Shown here piece after piece: positions 25,303-38,624 of a DNA stretch of 64,000 nucleotides. The position numbers and the translations under genes are program-made. A model generated the notes under the pieces. The model worked only from the letters and a program-made list of their open reading frames with translations. It made no database searches and was not told the DNA's origin. How positions within the stretch are numbered: position 1 is the first letter of the stretch; each line of letters starts with the position of its first letter. This DNA is from Balanoglossus misakiensis (lineage: Eukaryota; Animalia; Hemichordata): the NCBI GenBank assembly GCA_040954595.2, contig CM082588.2:11483398-11547397 (forward strand), written 5' to 3'.

Positions 25303-28300
25303 TTAAATTCTCATTTCAAATGCACTGAACAATGTAGCATTATAACCATAGAACTCAGGCGGCTTCCTCTGTCGCCTAGGGTACTTGGACTGCCTTGTGG
25401 CTTCCTGACTTTCAACCACAAAATCACCGTGACAAACACTGTCACTGTCTACAACTAAATCTGGAGCACTACTCTCTTTCTGCATCTCTGTTGGCCCCTC
25501 AGCAGAATCAGCTACAAACTCTGATTCAGAATCCTGACCAGTGCCAACTTCAGCTTCGCTAACACTAACTTTCTCTTTGACATCAAAATCTTTGAAAGAG
25601 ACTACTTCTGACTTGCTCACTTCAACTTTAGTAGTTGGCAAGTCCCCAGCTGAAGGTTTACCAACCTGCAGCCGCTGGTCAATGGGTAACATGTTCACCT
25701 TATCTAACCAGGAAGTGAGATCCTTCCCTTGATAAGCTTTCAACTTCTCAAAATGCACAATTTTGGGTTTAGCTCGTGGGCTCCTCTGTATGCGATAAAC
25801 TACATCAGACAATCTACTGATAATCAGATATGGACCTTCATATGACAACTGAAGCTTTTGCGAATACCCTTTCCGCCTCCTTTCATCTTTTAACCATACA
25901 AAATTCCCCACATGAAATCCCTGCTTTGTAGCAAAACGATCATATCGCACTTTCTGTCTGCGAGCTGTCGTTTGTAACTGCGACCTAGCATGTTCATGCA
26001 CTTCATGCAATCTTTCTCTCAAATCGGAAACATAATCAGTCTCCTTCGACCGATCTGGTCGCTCAGATGTAACTGCAACATCCAACGGGTATATCAAGTC
26101 TCTACCTAGCATTAACATGTTTGGTGTCTCCCCGGTTGAGGGATGCACACTGCTACGGTAAGCAAATGTGGCAAGACTCAAGTTCTTGTCCCAATCCGAC
26201 TGATTCTCACGAGGGTCCATAAATGTACGAATGTAACTAACAATTTGCTGATTGAATCTCTCCACAAAACCATTCGACTGTGGGTGCCTAGGGGTTGTGT
26301 AAGTCTTGTTTACTCCCAGGAGGTTACACACTTCCTTAAAAACATTCGACACAAAATTCCTACCCAAGTCGCTATGACACTCTAGTGGCATACCAAAAAG
26401 TTATCCAGCAAAACTCTTGCAATAGTAACAGCCTCCTCATTTGGCATGGCATACGCCTCCATCCACTTAGAGAAGTAGTTCCCCACCACAAGTACTTTCT
26501 TATTTCCTGCACTTGATTCTGGGAATGGACCCAATACATCAATCGCTATTCTTTCCATCGGAGCACCGACAACATAAGACTGCAAGGGCGCAGGCTTTCT
26601 CACCCTCTGCTTCTTATTACGAGCACACATATCACATGCCCTCACATGAGCGCGCACATCTACGGACATGCCAAACCAGTGATATTTCAACCTGATTCTG
26701 CTCAAAGTACGACCAGTACCGCTATGTCCTCCAAACAACGAATCATGGAGAGTCTGTAGGACCAGCCCTACATAAACCTTAGGCAGCACCAGTTGCCACC
26801 TGACTATTTTACCATCTGGTGATTCCCATAACCTGTACAGAATGCCATCATGAACACGCAAATGCTCATACATTGACCAATAAGACTTCAACGCAGGCGA
26901 ACGAAATGACACTTCAGACCACTGTGGCTTGTCCTTACCAGACTCCACACATTGCATAAGAAAACCAATGTTCGGGTCACTCATTTGTTGTTTGCGTAAT
27001 TCTTCCCGTGACCATAAGGGACCATGGTCGACCATGACATTATCACTGCACATTTTCTCATCACTCAGATCATCCTCGGGAGCAAATGTTTTGTGCACAA
27101 AACCTCCTTTTTGGTCAAGGCGTCCCCAAACCTCAAACTCATCCTCTACCGGACCTTTCCGAGTTCCCGCTCCCTCAATGGCCCGATCCCTTGCCCCAAC
27201 AAAAGACAGGTCATCCCCGTTCTGATCCTCAACCGGTTCAGAACAATTGTCACCGTGCTGTCTACCGCACTGTTTACATGGGCGCAATGGTACCCTACTC
27301 AACGCATCAGCGTTCGTGTGTTTATTCCCTGAACGGTGAACAAATCAAACGCACTCAAAGCCTCTAGCCAGCGGGCCAATTGCCCCTCGGGATTTTTATA
27401 CCGAAGTAACCAGACTAGAGATGCATGATCTGTTCTGATCATAAATGGTCTACCTAACAAGTAGTGTCTAAAATGCTTGGCAAAGTATACCACTGCCAAC
27501 AATTCCTTTCGCGTGACACAATAGTTCTTTTCCTGAGAACTCAGTACACGATTTCCAAAGCTAATGGGACGTTCCACTCCATCCTGAATTTGGCTAAGAC
27601 AAGCACCAATCGAGGAGTGAGAAGCATCAGTATCCAGAATAAATTCTCCCTTCTCTGATGGGAAGGCCAACACAGGAGGTGATGACAGTAGATCTTTCAA
27701 CCGATCAAAAGCTATCTGACATTCATCACTCCACACAAAAATGACATTTTTCTTCGTCAAATCTGTAAGGGGCTTTGCAATTTCCGCAAAGTTCTGTATA
27801 AACCTCCGATAATACGAAGCAAGTCCAACAAAACTGCGTACATCAGTCAAAGATGTAGGTACGGGCCAATTTCTCAGTGTTTGAACCTTTTTCGGATCGG
27901 TTGACACACCCTCAGCCGACACAACATGTCCCAGGAATTCTACTTGAACTGCAAACAAAGTACAATTCTTTGCTTTTAACTTCAGACCTGCTTCACGCAA
28001 TTTGTTGAAAACAGTCTGCAACCGTTCCAATTCCTGCTCAAAAGATTCCCCAAACACAATAATGTCATCCAAATAGAGTAATAAAATTTCCCATTGCAAT
28101 CCTTGAAAAACCTTTTCCATCAATCTTTCAAAAGTGCCAGGTGCACCGCACAATCCCATGGGCATTGTAGTCCATTCCAACAATTTACCAGAAGAAGTCA
28201 CTATTGCAGACTTTTCTCTACTTTCCTTATCAAGCTTGACCTGATGAAGTCCCATATTCAAATCAAGGGTGGAAAACCAGCAAGCACCATGCATTGCTTC

Positions 28301-29818
28301 TAAATTGTCCTGTATTCTTGGAATAGGTTGGGCATTCTGAATTGTGACTGCATTGAGTCTCCTGTAATCAACTACTAATCTCTGTGTAGAATCCTTTTTC
28401 TTGACCAACAAACATGGCGAACTCCAAGGCGATGTTGACTCGACTAACATGCCTTTGTCTACAAATGATTGAACTTGTCTCTCTATTTCAGTCTTTTTCC
28501 AAAATGGCGCACGATACGGTGCCACTTTCACTGGGGTAGCCTGTTGTGTATCAATCCTGTGCTCAACAACATCGGTCAAACCCAAGTCATACGCATTCTT
28601 GCTAAAAACATCAGAATTATTTATCAACAGCGTTTGTACTTGTTCCTTTTGTTCGTCAGACTCAAGATGTTGCACACTACGATGATACAAATCCACTAAA
28701 TGTGATGGCAATTTCTCAATGCCACGGGAAACAGATTTCCCATTGTTATCATGCTTTTCACAAGTGTTGCCACTAGAGGGCGCACTATTTTGCACAACAG
28801 CTGATTTGTCACACTGATTCATGTCAACAGGAGAGCTGACATTACAATCAACTGCTCTCTCCAGTCTGTACAAACCTACGACCTGACCTCGTTTGACCTC
28901 TATGTCCTTTATCCCTAAATTAATGACTCTTACAGGTAATAACCGTTGACCCGGGTTTACCAGGGTAGACGCTGTACCCATCCCCTCAGGAAAATCCTTT
29001 AACATGGCTGTAGGCTCTACAGTAGCCACTAACTCAGACAAACACAGCATATCCGCTGCAGACCTTTCACAGTGAGATGCCCGTGAACTTTGACCTTTCA
29101 GACTTTCATGACCTAGCTGACCTTTTCTAGGTTGTTTTGCCATTCTGGCTGGAATAATTGCTTCATGACCAGCTGGAATTATTTCATGAGAAGCAGCCTG
29201 TAATCTACAACTAAATGGTTTCAACCTTTCAGGACTTGTGGATAAAACTTGGTCGCCCACAGAAACTGTACAATTTTGTAAATTGAGACTACAACCAAAT
29301 TTAGTCAAAACATCCATACCCAGGATTCCTGGAGATCCATCGAGATAATTTCCAACAAGAACAGAAGTGTCAATTTTCTCAGAACCAATCTCGATCTGCA
29401 CAGCAACGCTGCCTGCTATATCAAGTTTTGAACCATTTGCTTGCACAATATATAGTCCAGTTTCAGTCAAATGAGGACGCACATTGTCTGGCATACTATT
29501 AAAATAGTCAAATGAAATCGATGTGTGTGTACATCCAGTGTCAACAAGCATTTTGCTAGCCACCCCTTGGAATTTCACATCCAGCATCATACTGTTGACT
29601 GCATCATTACTATTTGTTTCAATGTGCTTCACCTTGTTATCATTCACTTTACATTTACAAGGAGCACACCTATCAACATCATCAGTTTCAACAACTGCAG
29701 TGCTGGTGTGCAGACGGGTTTGCTCACTGCTTTTGTTAATGACCTTTGACCTCGTCTGAGACACTTCTTCTCCAGACTGATTTACTGGGACTGCTCGACG
29801 GTCAGCACGGACAGTCAT
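25303..29818 (-). pseudogene. pol: Gypsy A pol (protease, RT, RNase H, integrase) with two frameshifts
   Basis: Motifs LVDTGC; YLDD; LDTDAS; H-x6-H...CDMC zinc finger; IDVLG, HSDLGRNF, NGFVERFN; GPY. Frame breaks near 27340 and 26390. Confidence 0.93.
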
Positions 29819-31157
29819 TTGGGGTTTAACTGACTCTTATCTGTTTTACCCTTCTGCTCTTTCTGTTTAACCTGAGGTTCTGGACAGTCTCTTTTCAAAT
29901 GACCAGAACGGTTACAATTCCAGCAGAGCCTTTGCTTTTTCTCAACTGTTGTTGTCTCACTAGAACTATTTTCCAACTTGTCAAGTCTTTTCATAATTTT
30001 TGCAAACATCTCCTGTGTATCAACCCTCACAGTAGACTGGCTATTTTCACCATCCAAAGCCTGAGACACTTTGCCCCTAGAACGGCCATGTTTCTGCAAA
30101 GTTTGAAAGCTTTCTTCTAACAAAACCGCCCGCAGGACACTGTCCAGGGTTGCATCAGATAACTGACTAGCTTCATGTATTTTTCTCTGCAATGACATAT
30201 CAGGGATTGCCTCGAAAAATGTCTCAATGCACAACCGTTCAATATTGAACCTGTGACACCAGGGTAAGCCTTTATGATTATTTCACGGACTTGCTGAGCC
30301 AATTCACGCAGGGACTGGTTTTTACCACATACAATTGTTTTCACCGAAAGTCTGTAAACATCTTGCATGTGTGTAGTGCCAAACCGTTGACCCAGAATTG
30401 CACAAAGCTCATCATAACGTTTCACATTGCCACACCCGTGAGAAACAAAGCGTAATGCCCTGCCCCGTAGACGAGACATCAGAATGTTATACTTCTGATC
30501 AGGAGACCAACCGTTCAGTTCAGAACAAATATCAAAATGAGTCTTAAACTCGCTGAAATCAGTACTACCATCATACGCCTCTGGCTTGACGAAATGAAAT
30601 TTTGTTTGTGTAGTACCAGTTCCTGTATTACTGACAAACCCATTCCCATGGGAACTATCCCTTCCCACACCGTCAGGAGAACCCCCAGAAATATTTCCCA
30701 TCATTGATGATGTTACTGAATTGTCCTGACCCGGATATGACAGCACTTCAGGTGTTACCGCCGCCTGACGCGTGAGGGCGCTGTCCACTATGCTTGGCTT
30801 AGGTGTACTATGGACACTACCTAAATTTACCTCGCCCCCCTTCCCAAACGTTTGCATAAATGTTTGAAGTTGTTGTGCCATATCACAAACTGATCGTTCC
30901 ATTGTATCTAGTCGTCTACCGACATCGCGTTCATCCCCAGTATTCCGACTAACTGCCCCTGAGGACACGCTCAGATGTCTACCACGACCCCTGCCTAACC
31001 TTCTCCCTGTGCCCGATGAAACGAGCGGAGTTTTCAGGGCTTCATCAGAAATGACCGTAGAATTGACGTCTGTTCTCTCATACCCAGAATCAAACCTACT
31101 GTTGAAAACAACCTCCCTGTCCTGCGATAAATTCGTATTCCCTGTATAAGTAGCCAT
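29815..31157 (-). pseudogene. gag: Gypsy A gag with one frameshift
   Basis: Probable start MATYTG at 31157; capsid-like KPEAYDGSTDFSEFKTHF...NGWS; frameshift near 30240; Zn knuckle CWNCNRSGHLKRDC. Confidence 0.88.
29824..29830 (-). promoter_or_regulatory. Candidate -1 ribosomal frameshift heptamer G_TTA_AAC (Gypsy A)
   Basis: In the gag frame, two codons before the stop; pol is in the -1 frame. Confidence 0.6.
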
Positions 31158-31520
31158 GATGCAATTTCCGGGCACAATGTTTTCTATGTAAAAAGAACAC
31201 CTAAAATCGAACCGTCGACACAGAGATCTGTTCGGACGATGAATGCCTAAAATGAACACTGTATAGCTCCAAAATCACAGCAAAAGAAGGCGATACAAAA
31301 GCCTGCGGTTACCGTGTCGCACTGACCTGCGTTAACAGATCCCGTAAGGAGTACGGTGCCCAGAGTGCTAAACACGCCACAAACTCCTGTGACCTCTCTT
31401 TTGCACACAGCAATACAACCGTTCTCAACAAACAACATTCATCGACCAAACCTGACCGCTGAGTCGATCCAGATCTTGGCGAATATTCGAAAGGGGTCTC
31501 TGAACCAAAGTTGCCCTAAC

Positions 31521-31539
31521 AATCCCGCAGATGCCACCA
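31521..31539 (-). other. Primer binding site, tRNA-Leu-like (Gypsy A)
   Basis: Minus strand TGGTGGCATCTGCGGGATT, 2 nt from the LTR; resembles the tRNA-Leu complement TGGTGGCAGCGGTGGGATT. Confidence 0.65.
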
Positions 31540-31541
31540 AT

Positions 31542-32044
31542 TGTGACGGAAACCCGGGCGTTCCGCCTATTGAAAACCGGTAGCGCAGACGGACCCGCTC
31601 GAGCCTCTCACAAACAGCGCTGTCTTCACACGCGGCGGTAGGAACTCGCCGGAAAGCAAGCGTCTCGTCGAAGAAATCTGCCCACACCGAGCAGCAGAGG
31701 TAAACACGTCTCAGATCTCGCGATCGGTGACCAGGGGCCGGCTATCCGGGAGGGATAAAACAGGACTAAACGGGGCCGAAACCGGGGTTCCTTCCTCAAC
31801 AGATCCACGCCAAAACTCTCCAAAACAACATGGTTGCAGGCTAAAAACGAGGCTAAACATGTGACCCAGAACGCACTTCTGATTGGTGTAGATACACCAA
31901 GGGCAAGATGGGGAAACCCTTCTATCCTTGTCAATCATACAAGACAGCCCAAAACGGTCTCCATGGTAACACCACCACGACAGTGAAGCCATAGAAAAAC
32001 AACATGCCAAATAATAAATCACATGGAATAGCAATTCCATAACA
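31542..32044 (-). repeat. Gypsy A 5' LTR (503 bp)
   Basis: Matches 24276-24778 with about 6-7 substitutions and two 14-bp indels. Confidence 0.95.
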
Positions 32045-35000
32045 ATATAGTGCCGGGGCATCAGCCGTGCCAGGCCGAAGGAAATGTGAGTAGATCAACG
32101 TGGTCTCTGTACGCGTGTTTCTGCTCTAGAGTGCCAGGGCTTTAGCCAAGCCATGCCGTAGGAAATCTGACTTAATCAACGTTGCTAACGAACGCTAGTG
32201 TCTGTCATAGTGTGCCGGGGTTTTAGTCGAGCCAAGCCGTAGGAGATCAGACTTGATCAACGCGGTCTCTGTACGCGTGTTTCCGCTCTAAAGTGCCGGG
32301 GCTTCAGCTAAACCAGGCCGTAGGAAATCCGACGTAATCACCGTTGATAACTTACGCCAGTCTGTGTCATATAGAGCCGGTGCACCAGCGGAGTCATGCC
32401 GTAGGAAATCTGACTTGATCAACGTGGTCAATGTACGCCTGTTTCTGCTCTAGAGTGCCGGGGCTTCAGCTGAGCCAGGCCGTAGGAAACCCGACGTGAT
32501 TACCGTTGTTAACTTACGCCAGTCTGTGTCCTATATATAGTGCCGGGGCATCAGCCGTGCCAGGCCGCAGGAAATGTGAGTAGATCAACGTGGTCTCTGT
32601 ACGAGTGTTTCTGCTCTAGAGTGCCAGGGTTTTAGCCAAGCCATGCCGTAGGAAATCTGACTTGATCAACGTTGCTAACGAACGCTAGTGTCTGTCATAG
32701 TGTGCCGGGGTTTTAGTCGAGCCAAGCCGTAGGAGATCTGACTTGATCATCGTGGTCAATGTACGCGTGTTTCCGCTCTAAAGTGCCGGGGCTTCAGCTA
32801 AACCAGGCCGTAGGAAATCCGACGTAATCACCGTTGATAACTTACGCCAGTCTGTGTCATATAGAGCCGGTGCACCAGCGGAGTCATGCCGTAGGAAATC
32901 TGACTTGATCAACGTGGTCAATGTACGCCTGTTTCTGCTCTAGAGTGCCGGGGCTTCAGCTGAGCCAGGCCGTAGGAAACCCGACGTGATTACCGTTGTT
33001 AACTTACGCCAGTCCGAGTCCTATGTATAGTGCCGGGGCATCAGCCGTGCCAGGCCGCAGGAAATGTGAGTAGATCAACGTGGTCTCTGTACGCGTGTTT
33101 CTGCTCTAGAGTGCCAGGGCTTTAGCCAAGCCATGCCGTAGGAAAACTGACTTGATCAACGTTGCTAACGAACGCTAGTGTCTGTCATAGTGTGCCGGGG
33201 TTTTAGTCGAACCAAGCTGTAGGAGATCAGACTTGATCAATGTGGTCTCTGTACGCGTGTTTCTGCTCTAGAGTGCCGGGGCTTTATCCAAGCCATGCCG
33301 TAGAAAATCTGACTTGATCACCGTTGCTAACGTACGCTAGTGTCTGTCATATTGTGACGGAGATTTAGCCGAGCCAGGCCGTAGAAAAATCGACTTGTTC
33401 AACGTTATCAGTGTGCAACTGTTTCTGCTCTAGAGTGTCAGGGTTTTAGCCGACTTATGCTGTGGGAAATCTGAGTTGATGAACGGGAATTCAATGTTAG
33501 AAAACCCGTGTGGAAAGTATCTCTACCCGTTTGAAACTAAGAAAAGAATTTATTCTTATTTATTTTGTAAAAAAGACAATTTTTCGATAAAAAGTCGAAA
33601 ATGGTAATTTTGTCTTGGGTGATTCAAATTATACCGCCTTTTCTGGAATTTGCAGCACTTTTTACAAGAGAACGACACTTCATGCTCCATAATATTTTCG
33701 AAAATGAAGAAAAGAGTTAATTTTTATGATTTTTTAAAAATTTATCATTTTTGTCAAAATATGGCCAAAATGGCTATTTTTCTTGAATTCCGTCAATATC
33801 TCTGCATTTTTGGAGTGGTCGAAAGTTTTAACATACAATCAACATGTCATATATGATCAGGGCACCAAATTCGAAGAACAAAGGTTTTTTTATTTTTTTT
33901 TTCTAAAAATGACATTTTCAAGGAAAATTTGGTAAAAAGCAATTGTGTCTGCAGTGAGCCAAATTAGATGGTCTTTTGTGGAATTTGTATCGATATATAC
34001 ATACGAAGAGCATTCTATACTCCATCAGATTTCCGAAAATGTAGAAAACAGGTATTTTTGTAATTTTCAAAAATTTACCATGTTGACCAAATTGTGGCTA
34101 AAATTTTTATTTTCGTGTTGAATGCCGCCAGTGTCACTGCTTTTAAAAGTCATAAAAACTTTTAACATACAAGCAATTGTTTATATATGATCAGGTCACC
34201 GAATTAAAAAAAATAAAGAATGTTTTGCCTAAAAATGACCTTTTTGGTGCAAAAACGAATAAAACGCAATTTTGTATTAAATCAACTCATTCAGAGTGCA
34301 TTTTTTATAATCAGCACCATTTATACATATAATGGAAATTTCATACATCATCAGATATCCAAATATGAAAAAATGATTTAGATTTTAGATGATTGTCCAA
34401 AATTAGCTGATATCTAATAAATGTAGTATTGAACCGTTCTGTTCCCCCCCCCCCCCACATTATATGCGGTCCGCCGATGTCAGCTTACCCGGCAGTACTG
34501 CAGGCCGTGCCCCCAACTAACGTCGGTGTTTGAAAAACCCTGGTTAAATTCGGGCTTTCTCTATAAATTTACGGGCAATAATGCAGTCCTACCCGAACAA
34601 ATGTCGAGTGTTGACCCGCTGTGACTTTCCCTCTTCGGTTTGCCCGACTTAGCCAACGTCTTTGTACTAGAGTGTCGGGTCTTTTGCAGAGCCAGGCCGA
34701 AAGAAATCCGACTTGATCACCGTTGCTAACGAACGCTAGTGTCTGTCATGGTGTGCCGGGGTTTCAGTCGAGCCAAGCCGTAGGAAATCAGACTTGATCA
34801 ACGTGGTCTCTGTACGCGTGTTTCCGCTCTAAATTGCCGGGGCTTCAGCTAAACCAGGCCGTAGGAAATCCGACGGAATAACCGTTGATAACTTACGCCA
34901 GTCTGTGTCATATAGAGCCGGTGCACCAGCCGAGTCACGCCATAGGAAATCTGACTTGATCAACGTGGTCAATGTACGCCTGTTTCTGCTCTAGAGTGCC

Positions 35001-36931
35001 GGGGCGTCAGCTGAGCCAGGCCGTAGGAAACCCGACGTGATTACCGTTGTTAACTTACGCCAGTCTGTGTCCTATATATAGTGCCGGGGCATCAGCCGTG
35101 CCAGGCCGAAGGAAATGTGAGTAGATCAACGTGGTCTCTGTACGCGTGTTTCTGCTCTAGAGTGCCAGGGCTTTAGCCAAGCCATGCCGTAGGAAATCTG
35201 ACTTGATCAACGTTGCTAACGAACGCTAGTGTCTGTCATAGTGTGCCGGGGTTTTAGTCGAGCCAAGCCGTAGGAGATCAGACTTGATCAACGTGGTCTC
35301 TGTACGCGTGTTTCCGCTCTAAATTGCTGGGGCTTCAGCTAAACCAGGCCGTAGGAAATCTGACTTGATCACCGTTGCTAACGTACGCTAGTGTCTGTCA
35401 TATTGTGACGGAGATTTAGCCGAGCAAGGCTGCAGAAAAATCGACTTGTTCAACGTTACCAGTGTGCAACTGTTCCTGCTCTAGAGTGTCATGGTTTTAG
35501 CCGACTTATGCTGTAGGAAATCTGAGTTGATGAACGGGAATTCAATGTTAGAAAACCCGTGTGGAAAGTGTCTCTACCCGTTTAAAACTAAGAAAAGAAT
35601 TTATTCTTATTTATTTTGTAAAAAAAAACAATTTTTCGAAAAAAAGTCGAAAATGGTAATTTTGTCTTGGGTGATTCACATTATACCGCCTTTTCTGGAA
35701 TTTGCAGCACTTTTTACAAGAGAACGACACTTCATGCTCCATAATATTTCCGAAAATGAAGAAGAGAATTAATTTTTTAAGATTTTTTTAAAATTTACCA
35801 TGTTTGTCAAAATATGGCCAAAATGGCTATTTTTTCTTGAATTCCGTCAATATCTATGCATATTTGGAGTGGTCGAAAGTTTTAACATACAATCAACATG
35901 TCATATATGATCAGGGCACCAAATTCGAAGAACAAAGGTTTTTTTTATTTATTTTTTCTAAAAATGACATTTTCAAGGAAAACTTGGTAAAACGCAATTT
36001 TGTCTGCAGTGAGACAAATTAGACGGTCTTTTGTGGAATTTGTATCGATATATACATACGAAGAGCATTCTATACTCCATCAGATTTCCGAAAATGTAGA
36101 AAACAGGTATTTTTTGTAATTTTCAAAAATTTACCATTTTGACCAAATTGTGGATAAAATTGTTATTTTCGTATTGAATGCCGCCAGTGTCACTGCTTTT
36201 AAAAGTCATAAAAACTTTTAACATACAAGCAATTGTTTATATATGATCAGGTCACCGAATTAAAAAAATAAAGAATGTTTTGCCTAAAAATGACCTTTTT
36301 GGTGCAAAAACGAATAAAACGCAATTTTGTATTAAATCAGAGTGCATTTTTTATAATCAGCACCATTTTTACATATAATGGAAATTTCATACATCATCAG
36401 ATATCCAAATAATTTAGATTTTAGATGATTGTCCAAAATTAGCTGATATCTAATAAATGTAGTATTGAACCGTTCTGTTCCCCCCCCCCCCCCCCTACAT
36501 TATATGCGGTACGCCGATGTCAGCTTACCCGGCAGTACTGCAGGCCGTGCCCCCAACTAACGTCGTTGTTTGAAACGCCCTGGTCTAATTCGGGCTTTCT
36601 CTATAAATTGACAAGCAATAATGCAGTCCTAACCGAACAAATGTCGAGTGTTGACCCGCTGTGACTTTCCCTCTTCGGTTTGCCCGACTTAGCCAACGTC
36701 TTTGTACTAGAGTGTCGGGTCTTTTGCAGAGCCAGGCCGAAGGAAATCCGACTTGATCACCGTTGCTAACGAACGCTAGTGTCTGTCATGGTGTGCTGGG
36801 GTTTTAGTCGAGCCAGGCCGTAGGAGATCTGACTTGATCAACGTGGTCTCTGTACGCGTGTTTCTGCTCTAGAGTGCCGGGGCTTTATCCAAGCCGTGCC
36901 GTAGAAATTCTGACTTGATCACCGTTGCTAA
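32045..36931 (+). repeat. Composite macrosatellite array, segment 3
   Basis: Resumes in register after the TSD; expanded 81-bp subarray; unit anchors at 33510 and 35561. Confidence 0.97.
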
Positions 36932-38307
36932 TGATACCATTGAATTTGCACCCCTCAGAGCATAGTGGAATGACCCCGCCTATATCGTATATTTGATACA
37001 TTTTTGATTACTGACTTTACCTGTTTATTGTGATTACGCAATTGAAGTAGTCCGCAGGTGTTGACTGTATTTCTTGTGAGGTATTCGATTTCGAGTTATG
37101 ATGTTTCTGTGTGAAAGCTCTTTTATTGTTATTGATCGAATATTTGCTACTGGAAAGTTGAATTTGTTCCGTCCAGGCAGTACCGCGTGTATTCAGTCAA
37201 AGGTTTGGCGGGTGTAATACGGCGATGAACTAGTGAGTAAAAAGGGAACTTTTTAATATGGCCGTTGTCCAATTGTATTGACGAGAGTGGAATCTCCACA
37301 AAAATCCGAACCATCGGCAGAATCGTACGGCGAAATTGCATCTTGAATGGGAATCGAGGAGAGCCGGATGTTAACTAACATTATTTGAGCTAGTCTTCGT
37401 GAGATCCCTACGTAAGAAGCATTTCATCTACTATTTCGAACGACAGGTCTGCTGTACCTGAACGAACCATTGTTATTGTCACGCTGATTACTGAGACACC
37501 GATCGCCGAGATCCAACGATTACGGGTACTCGCGCAGGTTTCTCAACGTCGATGCTTCACGAACTGAAAGCTGATGTAAGTACGATCTCATTAACGCTAA
37601 TCATGTAAAATCGGACTGGATTTGATAAACTTACGGCCTTTCTAGGTTCTTCGAACCACGGCGTGTGGGGAATGCAATGAGCCGCATTGTTTGACCCCCA
37701 ACGTCTACAAACTTTGAACAAATCATATACGAGCAGGAACACTCGACCCTACGATCGATTTGCCGATCACGGAACTGATCAGCGCTTCGTCATCAAGCTC
37801 CGCTTTACGCCTGGATACACTCGGAGCGTTTGCGACGAGCGAACTTTGAGATATTTGCATTGATTGTTAGAGGATTCTCTCCGTTGGATTTTGGAAGCGG
37901 ATCGACGCGACTGTTGAGTGCGGGACAGCGCCCTCATCGCCAGAACTCGATTGTGCGTCACGTTCGTTTATAAACTGTTGAACTTTGACCGGACTCGCGC
38001 CAGGTTGTGCCACGCCAGTTTTCTTCAGGAAGGTGTTACTTGTTAATGAAACAGGTTTTGATAGAGCTCTTGTTACATCTCTGATGTTGATAGACTTACT
38101 ATTAATTATACTTCTTTCATTGGATATAAAGTGTCTTTGTGTCATTTTGTCCACACCCCCTTCACTCGCCCTGTGTTCCCAAAGCTACCGCAATCACCAC
38201 GAATCCTACGACCCAACTCACATGAACGAAACTTGTTGATTACCCTTGTCGAGTTTGCTCACGCCCAGCTAGCCCATCGTTTTTATTGGAATTTTGCAAG
38301 GGTAACA
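36932..38307 (+). repeat. Gypsy B LTR1 (1376 bp)
   Basis: TGATACC...GGTAACA imperfect terminal inverted repeat, followed by the PBS. Confidence 0.96.
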
Positions 38308-38309
38308 TC

Positions 38310-38331
38310 TGGCGCCTACCAACGTGGGGCT
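38310..38331 (+). other. Primer binding site, tRNA-Lys(CUU)-like with a 3-nt insertion (repeated at 54845-54866)
   Basis: TGGCGCC-TAC-CAACGTGGGGCT versus the canonical TGGCGCCCAACGTGGGGCT. Confidence 0.8.
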
Positions 38332-38624
38332 GGATTGGAAAGTTTTCCCAGTAGAGTTTTGTCATTTTACTGTTTCTTACAAATTGACAACAGGGAAGGA
38401 CGACATTTTGATTCAGCCCATTGAGGTTTGGTTTTGCGGTCGAAAACACAGGACGAGCAGGGTTGGACGAGTGATACACTTATTGATCGAGCAGGAAATT
38501 AAGTACATGTGCCATTGCCTTTGATTTATGGAACACCGACCATTCATAGTTTCCAAACGCTTTCAATTTTTGTGAGTGTTATTGTAGACTCGAGTTATCG
38601 ACAGATTGCTCTCGAATTTGAAAC

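Larger units (their letters stand above)
24276..32044 (-). mobile_element. Ty3/Gypsy LTR retrotransposon A, full length but decayed
   Basis: TG...CA ends, 4-bp TSD ATAT (24272-24275 / 32045-32048), two 503-bp LTRs, PBS, PPT and gag-PR-RT-RH-IN order on the minus strand. Confidence 0.97.

Noticed and set aside
37147-38524. Short ORFs in and next to the long Gypsy B LTR
   Set aside because: No recognisable motifs and mostly non-ATG starts; their recurrence is explained by LTR identity.
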